From NCBI GenBank assembly GCA_977020255.1, contig CDROCS010001209.1:1-64000 (forward strand): a stretch of 64,000 nt of DNA, written 5' to 3'. Numbering within the stretch: the stretch's first letter is position 1; each line of letters opens with the position of its first letter. This document shows, one piece after another, positions 1 through 9,747 of this stretch. The DNA is from Obrimoposthia wandeli (Eukaryota). The translations under genes and the position numbers were made by a program. The notes beneath the pieces are model-generated. The model searched no databases and was not told the origin of the DNA. It worked only from the letters and a program-made list of their open reading frames with translations.

Positions 1-205
1 CGGCAGGCCTAACACATGCAAGTCGAGCGGTAACAGAAAGAAAGCTTGCTTTCTTTGCTGACGAGCGGCGGACGGGTGAGTAATGCCTGGGAATATGCCT
101 TAGTGTGGGGGATAACTATTGGAAACGATAGCTAATACCGCATAACGTCTTCGGACCAAAGAGGGGGACCTTCGGGCCTCTCGCGCTAAGATTAGCCCAG
201 GTGAT

Positions 206-238
<33 letters not shown>

Positions 239-268
239 GCAACGATCCCCAGCTGGTCTGAGAGGACA

Positions 269-333
<65 letters not shown>

Positions 334-470
334 CACAATGGGGGAAACCCTGATGCAGCCACGTTATGTGTATGAAGAAGGCTCTCGTTGTAAAGTACTT
401 TCAGTCGTGAGGAAGGCTGCGTGTAGTTAATAGCTGCATGCCGGACGTTAGCGACAGAAGAAGCACCTAA

Positions 471-508
<38 letters not shown>

Positions 509-718
509 GAGCGTTAATCGGAATTACTGGGCGTAAAGCGCAGCGCAGGCGGTCTGTTAAGCAAGATGTGCCTGGGGCTCAACCTCGGAACCGCATTTTG
601 AACTGGCAGACTAGAGTCTTGTAGAGGGGGTAGAATTTCAGGTGTAGCGTGAAAATGCGTAGAGATTCATGTACCACTTATGGCGAAGGCGCCTCCCGAC
701 AAAGACTGAGTGCTCAGA

Positions 719-754
<36 letters not shown>

Positions 755-887
755 CGGTAGTCCACGCCGTAAACGATGTCTACTTGAAGGTTGTGGCCTT
801 GAGCCGTGGCTTCGGAGCTAACGCGTCAAGTAGACCGCCTGGGGAGTACGGTCGCAAGATTAAACTCAAATGAATTGACGGGGGCCT

Positions 888-942
<55 letters not shown>

Positions 943-1037
943 CTCTTGACATCCAGAGAATTCGCTAGAGATAGCTTAGTGCCTTTCGGAAATTCTGGAG
1001 ACAGTGCTGCATGGCTGTCGTCAGCTCGTGTTGTGAA

Positions 1038-1070
<33 letters not shown>

Positions 1071-1129
1071 TATCCTTGTTTGCCAGCACGTAATGGTGTA
1101 AACCCAGGGTATTCGTTTATGCGATAAAC

Positions 1130-1167
<38 letters not shown>

Positions 1168-1325
1168 CTTACGAGTAGGGCTACACACGTGCTACAATGG
1201 CGTATACAGAGGGCTGCCAACCAGCGATGGTGAGCGAATCCCACAAAGTACGTCGTAGTCCGGATCGGAGTCTGCAACTCGACTCCGTGAAGTCGGAATC
1301 GCTAGTAATCGTGAATCAGAATGTC

Positions 1326-1379
<54 letters not shown>

Positions 1380-1500
1380 GGCTGCACCAGAAGTAGATAG
1401 CTTAACCTTCGGGAGGGCGTTTACCACGGTGTGGTTCATGACTGGGGTGAAGTCGTAACAAGGTAGCCCTAGGGGAACCTGGGGCTGGATCACCTCCTTA
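1..1500 (+). rRNA. rrs: 16S rRNA (5' end cut by window edge; patchy sequence lesions)
   Basis: Universal motifs ACTCCTACGGGAGGCAGCAG, GTGCCAGCAGCCGCGGTAA, AAGTCGTAACAAGG and anti-SD GGATCACCTCCTTA ending at 1500. Confidence 0.98.
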
Positions 1501-1573
1501 CCTAAAGATTTATTGTTTGATGCAGTGTCCACACAGATTGCTTGGTTAAAATGTCAAAGAACGTGAAAGACTT

Positions 1574-1589
1574 GGGTCTGTAGCTCAGG

Positions 1590-1622
<33 letters not shown>

Positions 1623-1650
1623 GGTGGTTCAAGTCCACTCAGACCCACCA
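1574..1650 (+). tRNA. tRNA-Ile(GAT)
   Basis: 77-nt cloverleaf GGGTCTGTAGCTCAGG...CTGATAA...GTTCAAGTCC...CAGACCCACCA in the 16S-23S spacer. Confidence 0.97.
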
Positions 1651-1695
1651 CTTTCTCCTCCCAGAGAAAAGTGGTTGCAAGTCTTTTGAAACGTT

Positions 1696-1771
1696 GGGGT
1701 TATAGCTCAGCTGGGAGAGCGCCTGCCTTGCACGCAGGAGGTCTGCGGTTCGATCCCGCATAGCTCCACCA
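1696..1771 (+). tRNA. tRNA-Ala(TGC)
   Basis: 76-nt cloverleaf, anticodon loop CTTGCAC, G3:U70 pair, encoded CCA. Confidence 0.97.
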
Positions 1772-1855
1772 CTTTCTAAATGCATTCTGACTCGTTAAGA
1801 GTGGAGTGTGGTTAGAAAGTGGATTATTTGTCTCTACGGAGATAGAAAAAACACA

Positions 1856-1868
1856 TGTTCTTTAACAA
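1856..1868 (+). promoter_or_regulatory. Spacer BoxA antitermination element
   Basis: TGTTCTTTAACAA at the usual position before 23S; matches BoxA TGCTCTTTAACA with one change. Confidence 0.8.
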
Positions 1869-2082
1869 TCTGGAAAGCTGACTAGTAAATTCAATCGAAT
1901 GATTGAATTACAAATGTTTTTATCCCTCTTTATTTTAAGAGCGGTAAAAACGAGTTCTCAAAACAAACACACATTCAAGTGTCTTGTGTAAGAGTCCGGC
2001 GAAAACAAACCTCTCTTGCTCTTGTAAAAGAACAAGCAGAGAAACCTTGGTTGTTGCCATACGAAACCTCTTGGGGTTGTAT

Positions 2083-3058
2083 GGTTAAGTGACTAAGCGT
2101 ACACGGTGGATGCCTTGGCAGTCAGAGGCGATGAAGGACGTATTAACTTGCGATAAGCCTAGTTTAGATAGTAAAAATCACTTGAGACTAGGATTTCCGA
2201 ATGGGGAAACCCAGCTGCATAAGCAGTTATCATTACGTGAATACATAGCGTAATGAGGCGAACCGGGGGAACTGAAACATCTAAGTACCCCGAGGAAGAG
2301 AAATCAATTGAGATTCCGGCAGTAGCGGCGAGCGAACCCGGATTAGCCCTTAAGCGGCATTAGCGTTAGGTGAAGGTACTGGAAAGTACAGCGATACAGG
2401 GTGATAGCCCCGTAACCGACAACGCTTTTACCGTGAAATCGAGTAGGACGGGACACGTGATATCCTGTTTGAACATGGGGGGACCATCCTCCAAGGCTAA
2501 ATACTCCTGACTGACCGATAGTGAACCAGTACCGTGAGGGAAAGGCGAAAAGAACCCCTGTGAGGGGAGTGAAATAGAACCTGAAACCGTGTACGTACAA
2601 GCAGTAGGAGCCTCCGTCTCTTGTAGACAAAGTGGGGTGACTGCGTACCTTTTGTATAATGGGTCAGCGACTTAATTTTAGTAGCAAGGTTAACCGTTTA
2701 GGGGAGCCGTAGGGAAACCGAGTCTTAACTGGGCGTACAGTTGCTAGGATTAGACCCGAAACCAAGTGATCTAGCCATGGGCAGGTTGAAGGTGAGGTAA
2801 CACTTACTGGAGGACCGAACCGACTAATGTTGAAAAATTAGCGGATGACTTGTGGCTAGGGGTGAAAGGCCAATCAAACTTGGAGATAGCTGGTTCTCCC
2901 CGAAAGCTATTTAGTAGCGCCTCGGACGAATACTACTGGGGGGTAGAGCACTGTTAAGGCTAGGGGGGTCATCCCGACTTACCAACCCTTTGCAAACTCC
3001 GAATACCAGTAAGTACTATCCGGGAGACACACGGCTGGTGCTAACGTCCGTCGTGAAA

Positions 3059-3089
<31 letters not shown>

Positions 3090-3993
3090 AAAGTTATAGC
3101 TAAGTGGGAAACGATGTGGAAAGGCTCAGACAGCCAGGATGTTGGCTGGCGGCAGAGAAGCAGCCATCATTTAAAGAAAGCGTAATAGCTCACTGGTCGA
3201 GTCGATCTGCGCGGAAGATTTAACGGGGCTAAGCTATACACCGAAGCTGCGGCAATATATCTTGTTATATTGGGGAGGGGAAACGTTCTGTAAGCCGTTG
3301 AAGAAGTCAATCGTAAGGTTGGCTGGAGGTATCAGAGGGGTAGAATGCTGACATGAGTAACGATAAAGGGAGTGAAAAACTCCCTCGCCGGAAGATCAAG
3401 GGTTCCTGTCCAACGTTAATCAGGGCAGGGTGAGTCGACCCCTAAGGCGAGGCCGAAAGGCGTAGTCGATGGGAAACGGGTCACTATTCCCGTACGGCTT
3501 GTTACCGCGATGGGGGGACGGCGGAGGGTCGGTGGGCTTGGCGCCGGTGGTCGAAGTTCAAGGGTGTAGGCTGGAATCTTAGGCAAATCCGGGATTTCCT
3601 CTTTAAGTCGAGAAGGCTGAGACCCGATGTCGAGTCACTCGATTTACAGTGATGAAGCCATTGATGCCATGCTTCCAGGAAAATCTTCTAAGCTTCAGGT
3701 TAGTAGGAATCGTACCCCAAACCGACACAGGTGGTTGGGTAGAGAATACCAAGGCGCTTGAGAGAACTCGGCTGAAGGAACTAGGCAAAATGGTACCGTA
3801 ACTTCGGGAGAAGGTACGCTCCCGACGGTGATGAGACTTGCTCTCTAAGCTGTTGGGAGTCGCAGATACCAGGTGGCTGCAACTGTTTATCAAAAACACA
3901 GTACTGTGCAAACTCGCAAGAGGAAGTATACGGTATGACGCCTGCCCGGTGCCGGAAGGTTAATTGATTGGGTTATCTTCGGAGAAGCTCATG

Positions 3994-4091
<98 letters not shown>

Positions 4092-4158
4092 GGCCACGCT
4101 GTCTCCAGCCGAGACTCAGTGAAGTTGAAATTGCGGTGAAGATGCCGTATACCCGCGG

Positions 4159-4191
<33 letters not shown>

Positions 4192-4349
4192 GCTTGGCAC
4201 TGAACATTGAACCTACATGTGTAGGATAGGTGGGGAGACTATGAAATACGGGCGCTAGTTCGTATGGAGTCGTCCTGAAATACCACCCTTGTATGCTTGA
4301 TGTTCTAACGTTGGCCCCTTATCGGGGTTGCGGACAGTGCCTGGTGGGT

Positions 4350-4392
<43 letters not shown>

Positions 4393-4513
4393 ACGAAGGT
4401 GGGCTAATCACGGTCGGACATCGTGAGGTTAGTGCAATGGCATAAGCCCGCTTGACTGCGAGAATGACAATTCGAGCAGGTGCGAAAGCAGGTCATAGTG
4501 ATCCGGTGGTTCT

Positions 4514-4569
<56 letters not shown>

Positions 4570-4598
4570 ACCGCCCAAGAGTTCATATCGACGGCGGT

Positions 4599-4641
<43 letters not shown>

Positions 4642-4643
4642 TC

Positions 4644-4676
<33 letters not shown>

Positions 4677-4845
4677 TGGTACGCGAGCTGGGTTTAGAAC
4701 GTCGTGAGACAGTTCGGTCCCTATCTGCCGTGGGCGTTGGATGATTGAAGGGGGCTGCTCCTAGTACGAGAGGACCGGAGTGGACGAACCTCTGGTGTTC
4801 GGGTTGTTACGCCAGTAGCATTGCCCGGTAGCTAAGTTCGGAATC

Positions 4846-4876
<31 letters not shown>

Positions 4877-5012
4877 GAGCCCTGAGATGAGTCATCCCTG
4901 ATACTATAAGTATCCTAAAGGGTTGTTGAAGACTACGACGTTGATAGGCAGGGTGTGTAAGTGCTGCGAGGCATTGAGCTAACCTGTACTAATTGCCCGT
5001 GAGGCTTAACCA
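2083..5012 (+). rRNA. rrl: 23S rRNA (patchy lesions about 2900-3700)
   Basis: Starts GGTTAAGTGACTAAGCG and ends GAGGCTTAACCA; peptidyl-transferase region (GGGATAACAGG, CTCGATGTCGGCTC) and sarcin-ricin loop AGTACGAGAGGACC are intact. Confidence 0.97.
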
Positions 5013-5148
5013 TACAACACCCAAGGGGTTTTTTACGGACTCCACGAACACTTGAATGGTGTTTGAGAACCATTGTTTGTTATCGAAAGATAAACTAGTT
5101 AGATTTTCCAAGATTGCTATTGTTAGCATTGCTGACAATAAAAGAATT

Positions 5149-5263
5149 TGTCTGGCGACCATAGCGCTGTGGCTCCACCTGATCCCATGCCGAACTCAGA
5201 AGTGAAACGCAGTTGCGCCGATGGTAGTGTGGGGTCTCCCCATGTGAGAGTAGGTATGCCAGT
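5149..5263 (+). rRNA. rrf: 5S rRNA copy 1
   Basis: TGTCTGGCGACCATAGC...CCATGCCGAACTCAGAAGTGAAA...GATGGTAGTGTGGGG; the 3' end looks corrupted (TAGGTATGCCAG). Confidence 0.92.
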
Positions 5264-5313
5264 TCCCAATTTTAAGTTTGTGTTGTTAACAACGTGAACT
5301 GTGTAAAAGAATT

Positions 5314-5431
5314 TACTTGGCGACCATAGCACTATAGAACCACCTGATCCCATGCCGAACTCAGAAGTGAAATATAGTTGCGCCGATGGTAGTGTGGGGT
5401 CTCCCCATGTGAGAGTAGGTCATTGCCAAGT
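5314..5431 (+). rRNA. rrf: 5S rRNA copy 2 (divergent sequence class)
   Basis: Complete 5S with helix I ACTTGGC/GCCAAGT and the conserved CCGAAC loop. Confidence 0.95.
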
Positions 5432-5544
5432 TCCCTATTCGTATTCATCTTTTTAACTTTTTATTTAAAGGAAGAGATGAAGACAAAAATAAAACGGTGA
5501 ACCGTTTTATTGTAAGTAATAGCATTATGCTGAATAGACACTGC

Positions 5545-5621
5545 GGAGTGGTAGTTCAGTTGGTTAGAATACCGGCCTGTCACGCCGGGGGTCGCGGGTT
5601 CGAGTCCCGTCCACTCCGCCA
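5545..5621 (+). tRNA. tRNA-Asp(GTC)
   Basis: 77-nt cloverleaf GGAGTGG...CTGTCAC...GTTCGAGTCC...CCACTCCGCCA. Confidence 0.97.
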
Positions 5622-5630
5622 TTATTGAAG

Positions 5631-5660
5631 AAGCCCTAATCGAAAGATTAGGGCTTTTTT
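5631..5660 (+). terminator. Rho-independent terminator of the rRNA operon
   Basis: AAGCCCTAATC-GAAA-GATTAGGGCTT followed by a T run. Confidence 0.85.
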
Positions 5661-5701
5661 ACGTCTATAGAAAATGGAAATTAGCACTGAGTAGACATTG
5701 A

Positions 5702-5809
5702 GAAGTAGTCGTTCAGTTAGTTAGGCTTTTTATTGGAGAGCTTAGCGGCCTGTTACGCCGTGGGTCGCGCTGATTATTAGGTGAATAGAAAGTCCCGTCC
5801 ACTCAGCCA
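5702..5809 (+). pseudogene. Pseudo-tRNA-Asp copy 2 (two insertions, anticodon GTT)
   Basis: Colinear with tRNA-Asp; acceptor stem broken, T-loop replaced, anticodon arm GCGGC-CTGTTAC-GCCGT retained. Confidence 0.8.
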
Positions 5810-5903
5810 TTATTGAAGAAGCCCCCTCTTTAAGGTAAAGCAGGAAAGATTAGGGCTTTTTTACGTCTATAGAAAATGGAAACTAGCACTGAGTAGACAC
5901 TGC

Positions 5904-5971
5904 GGAGTAGTAGTTCAGTTAGTTAGGCTTTTTATTGGAGAGCTTAGCGGCCTGTCACGCCGTGGGTCGCG
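5904..5971 (+). pseudogene. Pseudo-tRNA-Asp copy 3 (3' truncated)
   Basis: GGAGTAGTAGTTCAGTTAGTTAG, same insertion as copy 2, then GCGGCCTGTCACGCCGTGGGTCGCG; T arm and 3' acceptor strand missing. Confidence 0.8.
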
Positions 5972-6060
5972 CTGAGAAGCCCCCTCTTTAAGGTAGAGCA
6001 GGAAAGATTAGGGCTTTTTACGTATGTATAAAATGGGAATTAGCACTGAATAGACACTGC

Positions 6061-6105
6061 GGAGTGGACATTAAGTGGGTTCGACTATTTATTGGAGAGT
6101 CTAGC
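6061..6105 (+). pseudogene. Pseudo-tRNA-Asp remnant copy 4
   Basis: Spacer anchor plus GGAGTGG, a GGGTTCGA T-loop-like remnant and the insertion motif TTTATTGGAGAG. Confidence 0.55.
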
Positions 6106-6277
6106 AACTTTATGCCGTATAACATGAGCTGGTATTAATGAACATTCGCATGACTTACTGCGCTTTCAATGAATTGTTACAACTGACTTGGGGTAGAGCT
6201 CAATAAGCACTTGTCACCAGCTTAATGATTATGAGAGGGTTAGGGCAGTTTCTAAGGTTCAATAAATAGGTACATGT

Positions 6278-6580
6278 ATGAAGTTTTTTTATGAGAGAGC
6301 AGAGAATGAAGACGAAGTTAAAATTGTTCTGAAACCTTATTCTTTTTTCATTATGTTATTGATGATCGCAGTATGGCTAATCAATGATTTAGTGCTGAAA
6401 TCTGCGCCTATAGCACAGTTCATTATGCCGATCTTCATCGCCTTTATGGTTATCCGTTTCTTCTCTATTATACGGGTACAGAAAGAAGTACTGCTGGGAA
6501 TGAAACAGCGTAAAACTGAAACTGCCGGTAGTAAATTTTCAATTAAAAATCCATTGACATATACGATTAAAAAGCACTAA
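6278..6580 (+). CDS. Hypothetical small membrane protein (two predicted TM helices)
   Basis: 100-aa ORF, ATG with weak AGGT RBS, two hydrophobic stretches, followed by a hairpin; family not recognised. Confidence 0.7.
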   Translation: MKFFYERAENEDEVKIVLKPYSFFIMLLMIAVWLINDLVLKSAPIAQFIMPIFIAFMVIRFFSIIRVQKEVLLGMKQRKTETAGSKFSIKNPLTYTIKKH

Positions 6581-6693
6581 TCTTCAAATATGGCATTCAT
6601 TCCTAGTGGGAAATTATGCCTTATTTTTACGCTGCTTATCGTTTTGTTAATAACGTGCATAATGGAGGGTACATCGAATAAAGAAGGAGAAAT

Positions 6694-7890
6694 ATGGAAA
6701 GGTTCAACTGGAAACCTTTATTGCTAGCGTGTTTAATTGTCAGTATTGGACAGTTAAGCTTAGGGTTAGTATTCCCATCCTTACCTTGGATCGCGCAAGA
6801 TCTTAATGTTAGCGCCGATCAAGCCCAATTATTAGTCTCTGTTTATCTTCTAGGTTTTGGTCCTTCTCAATTAGTATATGGCCCACTTTCAGATGTATTT
6901 GGTCGTCGACCTATTTTATTGTCAGGCTTATTAATTGCTCTACTCGGTTTAATTATTGCTGTTACGCATGCAGATTCATTTTCATGGTTATTAGCCGGAC
7001 GCTTTGTTCAAGGTTTAGGGGCGGGTAGTGTTGCTGTATTAGCCAGAGCAACCTTGCGTGATTGCTATCAAAACCAGAATTTTGTGAAAGCGATGACATG
7101 GGTCGCTATTGTCGCAGCTTTTACACCCATCGTTGCACCTGTAATTGGTGGTTTGGTTAACCATTATTGGGGTTGGCTAACGGTCTTTATCATTTTGTTG
7201 GCCTATATAGGGTTGATTTGGCTTGTACTGTTATTAGCCTTTACCGAAACACTTAATCAAACCAATAAACCTGAGTCTGTCGGTAAATTGGTGGTGTCTT
7301 ATTTCTCGTTAATGCGTGAACGCCATTTTCTTAGTTTTGCTGGAATCGGCTGGATCAACTTTTCATTAGTGGTGATTTCAATCTCGTTAATGCCGTTTAT
7401 TATGCAAGTGCAAATCGGTATGAGCTCTGAAAAATATGCATTATGGGCGATGATCCCTGCTTTTGGCATGCTTTCTGGTGGCTTATTATGCCAGCGAATA
7501 CGGCCTATTTTCGGCACGCAAAAAGTGTTGCAGATTGCACCTTTTATTCATTTGATTGCGGGTGTTGTATTGTTCTTTTCTCCAGTGACTCCGCAGTGGA
7601 TCAGTGCTGGTCACTTTTTACTCGCGATGGCAAATGGCATGGCTTTTCCGTGTGCACAATCAATGTTATTGATTCCATATGGCAGCCGAGCAGGGACTGT
7701 TTCCGCCTTATCGGGAGCTTGCCAAATGGTGTTTGCATCATTGATCAGCGGTTTTTTATTACGATTAGGCATGAGTCAACCATGGCATTTAGGGTTGGTA
7801 TTGTTGATTGCAGCAGGCTTAGGGCTGATACTGGTGAGTATTGGTGCAAAAAGTGAAAGTGGTAAACAAGCAGCAGCTGCATTAAATTAA
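6694..7890 (+). CDS. Bcr/CflA-family MFS multidrug efflux transporter
   Basis: AAGGAG RBS; MFS motif A (GPLSDVFGRRPIL); about 12 hydrophobic segments; GxxAGxxSAL motif near the C-terminus. Confidence 0.9.
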   Translation: MERFNWKPLLLACLIVSIGQLSLGLVFPSLPWIAQDLNVSADQAQLLVSVYLLGFGPSQLVYGPLSDVFGRRPILLSGLLIALLGLIIAVTHADSFSWLLAGRFVQGLGAGSVAVLARATLRDCYQNQNFVKAMTWVAIVAAFTPIVAPVIGGLVNHYWGWLTVFIILLAYIGLIWLVLLLAFTETLNQTNKPESVGKLVVSYFSLMRERHFLSFAGIGWINFSLVVISISLMPFIMQVQIGMSSEKYALWAMIPAFGMLSGGLLCQRIRPIFGTQKVLQIAPFIHLIAGVVLFFSPVTPQWISAGHFLLAMANGMAFPCAQSMLLIPYGSRAGTVSALSGACQMVFASLISGFLLRLGMSQPWHLGLVLLIAAGLGLILVSIGAKSESGKQAAAALN

Positions 7891-7977
7891 TCCGACATAG
7901 AGACACTAAACCATACTTTCATAATGATACTATTATTAATAGCAGGTAATGAAACGCTATAGGTTAAGGAAGTAAGT

Positions 7978-8313
7978 ATGGCGAGGTTAATGGTGTTTAC
8001 TGTCCTGATCATCTTGTTTGGTTGTGCTGCTCAGTACGAAGCCGATCTCTCTGAAAATAAAGAGTGGCAGAAACTTGGCGCTTATCATGGTGAGCAAGGT
8101 TACCGTGAATTAAAAGCGAACAAATTGAATGATCTTGGCGCATTAACAGAAACCGAATATGAATCTTACCGAGCGGGTTACTTAAAAGGACGGTTTGATT
8201 ACTGTTCGGGAAGGCAGACCGTGACAACAGTGATTAATCAAGGTTACCCCGATGATTGTGCTACCCCGAAACAAGGGCGCAGTAGCTACAGTGTGATTGA
8301 GCGTGGATATTGA
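7978..8313 (+). CDS. Lipoprotein, DUF2799/YfiL-like
   Basis: Lipobox LFGC; WxxxG...G and YxxGYxxGxxxYC pattern typical of DUF2799. Confidence 0.75.
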   Translation: MARLMVFTVLIILFGCAAQYEADLSENKEWQKLGAYHGEQGYRELKANKLNDLGALTETEYESYRAGYLKGRFDYCSGRQTVTTVINQGYPDDCATPKQGRSSYSVIERGY

Positions 8314-8345
8314 GTTGTGTTCTTGTACCATTCTGGAGCAGACAG

Positions 8346-8370
8346 AAAAGGCTACCGAGGTAGCCTTTTT
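8346..8370. terminator. Bidirectional terminator
   Basis: AAAAGGCTACC-GA-GGTAGCCTTTT between convergent genes. Confidence 0.8.
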
Positions 8371-8412
8371 AATGCGTGATATTTACATGCACGTATCTAC
8401 TAAGCAATTAGC

Positions 8413-9444
8413 TTAGTTGTTGCTGTGAAGCTCACTGTTAAGCTCAACCGCAGACTTATTCGTCAAACATTCAATCTGACCGGTGATTGAGTTACGACGG
8501 AACAGTAAGTCAACTTTACCCGCAAGATCTCGTGCTTTGGCGATTTCAACTTCTTTGCCTTCATTATCAAGCATACGCACCTTAGTACCCGCTGTTACAT
8601 ACAGACCAGATTCAATCGTACAACGATCGCCCATTGGGAAGCCCAAGCCAGCGTTTGCGCCTAATAAGCAGTTTTCACCGATAGAGATAACCATCTTACC
8701 GCCACCAGATAATGTACCCATGATAGAGGCGCCGCCGCCAATATCAGATCCTTCGCCAACCATTACGCCTGCAGAAATACGACCTTCAACCATGCTCACA
8801 CCTGTTGTACCTGCATTGAAGTTGATGAAGCCTTCATGCATTACTGTTGTGCCTTCGCCAACATGTGCGCCTAAACGAACACGAGAAGTATCAGCAATAC
8901 GAACTCCAGCAGGTACGATGTAATCAACCATTTTAGGGAATTTATCAACACAATCGACGATGATAACTTCGCCATTCAAGCGTGCATCCATTTGACGTTC
9001 TGCAAGCTCTGGTAAGTCAATAGGTCCTTTGTTGGTCCATGCGATGTTATGTAACAGGCCGAAGATGCCATCAAGTACTACGCCATGAGGTTTCACTAGA
9101 CGGTGCGAGATAAGTTGAAGCTTTAGGAAGCCTTCAGAAACAGATGTTGGCGCTGCATCTGTCGCCAGAATTACAAGAATCAATGTCTGTGAAGATTGTG
9201 ATGCTTTCGCTGCAAATTGTGCACTTTTTTCATCACCAGCAGCTTGAAATATAACCGTAAGATCAGCGCATTGAGTTGGAGTCACTTCGATAGACTGGTT
9301 GCCTTCTTTATAAGAAACAACGGCAGCGACTGCTTTAACAAGTTCTTCTGAAGGGTTAAGCGTAGGTGTCGGGAAAAATGCTTCGATGATTTTTCCGTCA
9401 CGGTTTTTAGTCGCAGTACCTAAGGCAATTGAAAAGCTAGCCAT
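8413..9444 (-). CDS. dapD: Tetrahydrodipicolinate N-succinyltransferase (long form)
   Basis: VDKFPKMVDY, RVRLGAHVGEGTTVMHEGFINFNAGT, hexapeptide repeats, LFRRNS; GGAG RBS. Confidence 0.93.
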   Translation of the reverse strand: MASFSIALGTATKNRDGKIIEAFFPTPTLNPSEELVKAVAAVVSYKEGNQSIEVTPTQCADLTVIFQAAGDEKSAQFAAKASQSSQTLILVILATDAAPTSVSEGFLKLQLISHRLVKPHGVVLDGIFGLLHNIAWTNKGPIDLPELAERQMDARLNGEVIIVDCVDKFPKMVDYIVPAGVRIADTSRVRLGAHVGEGTTVMHEGFINFNAGTTGVSMVEGRISAGVMVGEGSDIGGGASIMGTLSGGGKMVISIGENCLLGANAGLGFPMGDRCTIESGLYVTAGTKVRMLDNEGKEVEIAKARDLAGKVDLLFRRNSITGQIECLTNKSAVELNSELHSNN

Positions 9445-9747
9445 TATTAATTGTTCTCCATTTCAAATATTTTCAGAGCTGGATCAGTTTGATCATTAAA
9501 AAGCTCGTCGCTGAATTTGTATAAATTGGTATTACATTAAAACCATCATAAAGACAGTTGAAGCGATATAGAAGGGCTGAATAAGCAATCAGTCAAAAAT
9601 GACAGCAATATGACGAGAATAATAGTAAGACAATATTTGAATATGCATAAAAAAACCCCCTAGATAGGAGGTTTATTCATTTAGAGGCAATAAAAAAATG
9701 AAGGATTAAGCTCAGTTATTGTTTACCTCTGAAATCATTATTAATGA

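Larger units (their letters stand above)
5525..6105 (+). repeat. Tandem array of tRNA-Asp + terminator + spacer units (one intact, three degenerate)
   Basis: Anchor TGA(A/G)TAGACA(C/T)TG precedes tRNA-like starts at 5545, 5702, 5904 and 6061 (periods 157, 202, 157 nt); AAAGATTAGGGCTTTTT(T)ACGT recurs three times. Confidence 0.9.

Noticed and set aside
649-5353. ORFs inside 16S, 23S and 5S
   Set aside because: Chance frames in rRNA.
5525-6105. tRNA repeat array as CRISPR or prophage attL/attR
   Set aside because: Units derive from the tRNA and terminator, spacers are not unique, and no integrase or phage gene lies nearby.
9445-9747. Lysine riboswitch upstream of dapD
   Set aside because: No AGAGG(U/C)GC or other L-box core motifs seen.
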